Assembly (NCBI RefSeq): GCF_009914755.1
Contig: NC_060929.1
Length of the DNA: 64,000 nt
Origin: the human T2T-CHM13v2.0 reference genome, Homo sapiens
Reading direction: 5' to 3' (one strand)
A program made the position numbers and the translations under genes. The stretch's first letter is position 1; every line of letters begins with the position of its first letter. Below the pieces are notes generated by a model. That model ran no database searches and was not told the origin of the DNA. It saw nothing but the letters and a program-made list of their open reading frames with translations. Shown here piece by piece: positions 58,560 through 64,000 of this stretch.

Positions 58560-58710
58560 AAGTGAGCTTAGAGGTGCTATTGTCCACCCCAATACTTTCA
58601 CAGATGAAGAAAGTGAAATCTGTAGAGGGTAAATGATGCTGCCAAGGTCAAATCCTGTGAACCACAGAACCAGGCCCATCCAGATCTCTTAGACTGCGGT
58701 CCAGTGTGTT
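58560..58710 (-). mobile_element. MIR
   Basis: TTTCACAGATGAAGAAAGTGAAATCTGTAGAGGGTAAATGATGCTGCCAAGGTCA. Confidence 0.7.
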
Positions 58711-58939
58711 ATTTTCTCTGATATATTCAGGTAGGATGTGGTGATGAAGTTTTAGATAGAGTTGTCAAATGCCATATAATACTAGTTTATGAAAATAGAT
58801 TTAGAAACTTTTTGCTGGAGGTTTAAAAAAATTGAATAAGTTCTCATTTATTTGAGTTGGCTTTAGTATGGCCCATCTGAAGTTTTCAAAAAAGACTATA
58901 TAGCTTTACAAAATCTCTTTAGCCTTAAGAGTACATGAT

Positions 58940-59095
58940 TTTCATTCATCCATCTTCTTTTGCAAGTATTTCTTAAGGTGCCTCCTATAAGCAGAATGCT
59001 ATGTTATGCACACAGAATAAAATAATGGGACAAACAACAGAATGTAAAACAGGGTCCAAGCCCTGGGAGCTTAATATCCAGTTGGGGAGCAAATG
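58940..59095 (-). mobile_element. L2 3' end fragment
   Basis: TTCATTCATCCATC...GCAAGTATTTCTTAAGGTGCCTCCTATAAGCAG...GGAGCTTAATATCCAGTTGGGGAG. Confidence 0.6.
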
Positions 59096-61044
59096 CTGCC
59101 CTCCCCCATATATAAACACACACACATATTTAATAATAGTACATAGCAATATAGGTTACTTCTCAAAATTATGATACAGAGAGTTGAACACCATTCCATC
59201 TGTCTAGGCAAAAATGTTCATTGGACCAGAGCTCTTTAAATAGAGACGTGTACTGAATTGTCTTACAGATAATTACAAGTCATAGCCATTATTTTGAGTG
59301 TTTTCTGAGATAGGGCACACTCCCCATCTCAATCATGTTAGGTTTCCTTTCCAAAGCATCTCCTTGATTAGATAGGGCCTGCAAACAGGGAAGCTAACTC
59401 AAGGAGATGGCTTGGGAGGATGCCAATGCCCCAGCAATGAATGAAAGGAAAGAATCGGTATAAATGTCTTGAAACCAGTTGCATTCCCCAGAATTCACCC
59501 CCTGCTTTTGTGGGTGTGTGTAAGTGTGTGTGTTGGGGGGTGTTAATTAGCATTCTAGTCTGCAATATTCAAAGCGCCAATGCAATCGGAATAATTTTAA
59601 AATGTTCACTTCCTTCCCCTTATTCCCTTCCTTTCCCTTTCACCCATTCAAGCCTCTAGGTGATTCTGGTCTCCCCACTATAAGATTCTCATAGCTGGGG
59701 GTATATGTGTGTGCCTGCAGGGTCAAAGGTTAGAGATAAAGGAAGTTGATGTGAGAAGAGTGCTTGGTGCATTCCAGAGAGAGGAATGAGCACTGCTTTT
59801 GGAGCAGAGTCCTGGGTAGGTGGTAGAAACTCCTAAGAAAGGGAGTGGTTTGAGACCAAAGGGGTCCTATAACTTAGAAAGCAGAGTCCTGGGGAGGTTG
59901 AAAGACTGCAAAGAGAGAATGTCTGCACAGAGTCAAGACTTACAGAGTGTGGACAGCTTTGTAGGCTCCCATAGGTTCCCATATCTTAATTGAGCAGAGA
60001 ACCTGCAAAGTGATTATGATGCCTGCATGGAAGTAGGAGATGGGGTCAGCTGATGGGATTGGGGAATGTCTTAGCCATGCCTGCAGGGGCTGCAAACAAA
60101 AACCAGATACCTCCCTTCCCAAAACTTGGCATGACATTGACCTTCTGAAACTCAGACACAACCCTAGGAAAGGGTGAAAGTCTTTAACTTAGAAGAGAAG
60201 AGCTTCCTGCCATCTGGGAGGAATAGGCCTTCTGAATAGAAGAAGGGTTTTGCTACAGAAGAATGAAATTTTATTTTCAGCACCCCTCAATTCATTCATT
60301 GGGATTCATATGCACTATGCCAATTTATTTTCCTCCCTAAAATATGTCTTAAACAATTACTCTTGTCTTTGTTTGAACCATTGAAGTTTCACAGGCAGGA
60401 TTCAGATACAAATTTATACAATCTTCCTAAAACTCTGTGGCTTCCTATAGTTCCAAACCAATTTTTCCGGTATCTGTGCAGACTTTAGAAACTTCAGTCT
60501 AAAAATCTGATCTGACACTTGGAAGAAATACAACCTTTAGCAAAACCCACCAGGGCCATCCTTCAAATGGCTTGGCCTCTCTGCTGGAAATATTTCTGGA
60601 CAGGTTGTTATGAGGTTTATATGTTGGGACTCAGCTGGAATTTACAAAATGCAAAACTGGAATTGATCAATGTGGTGTTAGCTATACTCTTATGCACTGA
60701 AAACCGAACCATCTTAGCAGAATGCAGAAAATGAGGAAGTAGAACATGCCCTAAGCCAAAGCACACCAGCAGCCTATTTGTTGGAGGCAGAAGGGTAAAG
60801 TGGGAGTGAGTGATCAGAGGCCACATACTATAAAATCACCTAAAACTTTATGGTTGGGGGCTTCCACAAGGCTGACAAGGAGGGGAAGGCCACTTCCTTG
60901 AGAGTGCAGATTAAACGCTTCACAGGCCAGGTAAGAAAAGTTAGAGAGGTTATTGAGTCTCCATCAGCATTTAAACAGGTATTTGGAAAGAAAGATCAGT
61001 GTTTCTACCCCAGTTAAAGTCTTGCCTACTGACTAGAGTCATTT

Positions 61045-61380
61045 TTTGAAAATTGAGGTAAAACCAGCATAACATAAAATTAACCATTTAAAAATGTACA
61101 ATTCAGTGGCATTTAGTATATTCATGATGTTGTGTAAACACCACCTATGTCAGGTTTCAAAGCATTTTCATCACCCCAAAAGAAAACCCCGTACCCATTA
61201 AGCAGTTATTCTCCAGTCCCCTTCATCCTGGTTCCTGACAGCCACCAATCTGCTTTCTGTTTCTATAGATTGACTTTTTTTCTGGGTAGTCATATAAATG
61301 TATTCATGCAATATGTGACCTTTTGTCTGGCTTCTTTCATTTAGCATAATGTTTTCAAGGTTCACTCACGTCGTAGCATT
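61045..61380 (-). mobile_element. Old L1 (L1MB-like) 3' end
   Basis: AACATAAAATTAACCATTTAAAAATGTACAATTCAGTGGCATTTAGTATATTCA...TTTCATTTAGCATAATGTTTTCAAGGTTCA. Confidence 0.85.
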
Positions 61381-61534
61381 TGAGTAGTTCTCATTTGATA
61401 CACTACTTTGGAGGGACACAGAAAAAGTAAAACTTAATTATATGTTTTAATCACAGCTTTAGAAAGAGGAGACCTAGGGTCCAGTTCATTTCCCCACATA
61501 GACCTCTTCTCCTAGATTCTTTATCCTCATTTGA

Positions 61535-62015
61535 AGTGGACATTGGTTGTTTTGCCTGTCCAGTTTCCAAGTCCCTGATAATAGCTCATGATTTATGTGG
61601 GTCACAGCTCCTCTCTTACTCAGTTCAAGTGATGCTGACCTGACTTCCTTAATTCTTCAGTGGGTAGGTACTGACTTCAGATCTGTCCAATAAGGGCTTC
61701 CATCTGTTTGGCCACCATTCAAGAATGGAACACACGCCAGTTGCAGAGGTTCCTCATAGAACTACAGAAATGTGCTCCCTTTCTTTTGTACTTGAAGCTG
61801 AATGGTGTGAGCCTGCCAGGGGTCTCCATGTGGAGAGCCAAGCCAACACCAAAGAAAACAGAGGGAAAAGAAGGCATGAGAGCATTGAATCCTGGGACAT
61901 TATTGAGTCACTTTGTCCAGACATCTTTAATTAGCAATATGTTTAAATAGTTACAAGCCTTTCCTTCTTTTCTTGTGACAGTTTGAGTTGAATTTCTATC
62001 ATTTGCAACCTGTCA
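61535..62015 (+). mobile_element. Ancient MaLR LTR (MLT1K/L-like)
   Basis: GAGCCAAGCCAACACCAAAGAAAACAGAG...TCCTGGGACATTATTGAG...GTTTGAGTTGAATTTCTATCATTTGCAACC. Confidence 0.55.
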
Positions 62016-62194
62016 CTGTAAGGCACAAACATGACCACACTCATCTAGGGCTGAAGCAACGTGAATAAGGAGGACATTGTCTCCTGGTGCCCAGGAAATG
62101 CCTTAGAGCTCTTCCCCAGAAGTGAGGACTCTGATACTCTATACTTTTCTGGTTTGTCTGGTTGTGCTTTTTTTTTTTTTTTTTTTTTTGCCTA

Positions 62195-62400
62195 CATTGG
62201 ATAACAATCTTTAATGAACAATAGAGCATCAAAAAATACATGAGGCAAAAACTGCAGGGAGAAATAGATGAATGCACTATTATAGGTTAGAGACATCAAC
62301 AACCCTCTCAGAAACGGACAGATCTAGCAGGAGGAACATCAGTAAGGACACAGTTGAAAGCAACACCACCATCAACCAACTGGTCATAATGGACACATTT
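62195..62400 (+). mobile_element. Old L1 ORF2 endonuclease fragment
   Basis: AAATACATGAGGCAAAAACTG...GGAGAAATAGATGAATGCACTATTATAG...AGAGACATCAACAACCCTCTC (GDFNTPL-like region). Confidence 0.75.
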
Positions 62401-63960
62401 AGACCATTTACACTTTAGGTGATTATGAATATGGCTGGGTTTAAATCTACTATCTTGCGTCTTGTTTTCTATTTATTTTACTTGTTCCTTGTTCCCCTTT
62501 TCCTTTTTCTGCCTTCTTTTAGAATGCAATCTTAAAACTTAATAATAAAAAGTTTTAAGATTGCATTTTTATCCTCTTTGTTGGCTTAATAGCTGTAACT
62601 GTGTTACTTCAGTGATTCCTTTAGGGTGAATTTTTAGTGCACATCTAAACCAGTCTACCTTCATATGATACTACATGACTTCAAATATGTAAGAACCACA
62701 TGACTACATATTTCCATTTCTCCCCTCTCTGCCTTTGGGCTATTATCATATATTTTACTTCTACATGTTGAAAACCACAGTATGTTATTATTATTTTTGC
62801 TTTAAATAGTCAATTAGGTTTTAAAGATATCTAAATAAAAGAATATATGAAATTCTTTATGCATATAATGATAACCTACCTAGTTATCATTTCTAGTGTT
62901 CATTTCTTTGCATAGAAGCAGGTTTCCATCTGTTACTATCTTTCTTCTGCTTGAAGAATGTCCTTTAACAACTCTTGTAAGGCAGGTCTGCTGATTAATT
63001 CTTTCAGATTTTATGTCTGGAAAACCCTCCATTTTGCCTTCATTTTTGAAACATATTTTCATTAGGCAAATAATTCCAGCTTGGTAATGTCTCTCTTTCC
63101 ATACTTTAAAGATGTGGTTCCCTGTCTCTTACCTTGCATTGTTTCCAACAAGAAAGCTGCTATCATCTTTACCTTTGTTCCTCTGTACCTAATCTGTCTT
63201 CTCTTTCTCTCTCTTTCTCATTTCTAGAATTTCCTCTTTATTACTAGTTGAAATTTGATTGATACAGTTCATTGTATCTCTTGGGTCTCAGTAGTTGTCA
63301 TCAATTCAGCTATTGTTTCTTCAATTTTTTTTATACCTCCCTTTTCCAGGGACTCCAATTATATATATATTTGGCTCCCAAAGTTGTCCCATAGTTCTCT
63401 AATGCCTAATTTCTCCTACCATCTCTTCTTCAGTCTTTTTCCTGTTTATTTTTAAGTTGCTGTCTTCAAATCCTTTCATATCATCTTCTGTGATGTCCAA
63501 TCTGCTGTTAACCCCATCCAGTGTTTTTCATCAGATATTGTAGTTTTCATCTCTGGAGGTTCAATTTGGTTTTTTTGTATCTTCCATGCCTCTACTTAGT
63601 ATATTTTTCTCTCTAGCTTTTTGAACATATGGAATACAGCCATAATACCTGCTTTAATGTCCTTGTCTACTGATTGTCATTGTGCCATTCCTGGGTCAGT
63701 TTTGATGGACTGATTTTTCCCTTCATTATGAGCTTTATTGTCATGCTTCTTTGCATGCCTAGTGATTTATTAGATGACAAGTATTGCATATTTTACCTTA
63801 TTGGGTATATTTTTTGTATTCCTATATTCTTAAGCTTTGTTCTGGAACACAATTAAGTTACTTGGAAAAAGTTGTGTTTCAGTTTGGTCTTGTTTTTAAG
63901 CTTTGTAAGTTGGGACAAGGGTAGTTTTTATATAGAGTTAATTTTTCTACTACTAGGGCA
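62400..63960 (-). mobile_element. Old mammalian L1 (L1M), ORF1 to ORF2-start region
   Basis: ATTTAGACCATTTACACTTTAGGTGATTATGAATATGG is the antisense ORF2 start (ITLxVNGLN-like); antisense ORF1-like segments (ORF 62880-63062 KICFKNEGKMEGFPD). Confidence 0.75.
62523..62567. repeat. Perfect 18-bp inverted repeat with 9-nt loop
   Basis: AATGCAATCTTAAAACTT-AATAATAAA-AAGTTTTAAGATTGCATT. Confidence 0.95.
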
Positions 63961-64000
63961 TCTTAGTTCTCTTCCAATGCCACCTAGAAATAAGCACTAT

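Noticed and set aside
59690-60325. Possible ancient LTR
   Set aside because: Only a general resemblance; I could not support termini or a family

Overview
This is hominoid (most likely human) non-coding genomic DNA, intronic or intergenic, and roughly half of it is recognisable transposable-element sequence. The species call rests on a full-length L1PA3, an AluY and a BC200 retrocopy. I found no host protein-coding exon I can name, and the long protein-like ORFs in the track are L1, ERVL, MaLR or Alu remnants. Main elements: a full-length ~6.16 kb L1PA3 on the minus strand (27160-33320; ORF1 open, ORF2 dead, 129-bp ZNF93-bound segment retained); a degraded HERV16/ERVL provirus (38979-~47040) with a nested MST LTR and a complete THE1C; truncated L1s; nine Alus; L2/MIR fragments; hAT DNA transposon fossils (Charlie7-like, Arthur1-like). 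Most notable oddities: a tailless BC200 retropseudogene with a perfect 18-bp TSD, a ~100-bp-stem hairpin made by inverted duplication in an old L1, a 54-bp locally templated insertion next to a G-quadruplex, two tandem Alus with a triplicated TSD, and a candidate minus-strand promoter plus splice-site-bounded exon. I do not see convincing evidence of a new biological system. Repeat subfamily names come from remembered consensus sequences and need RepeatMasker/Dfam confirmation; boundaries of old repeats are approximate.
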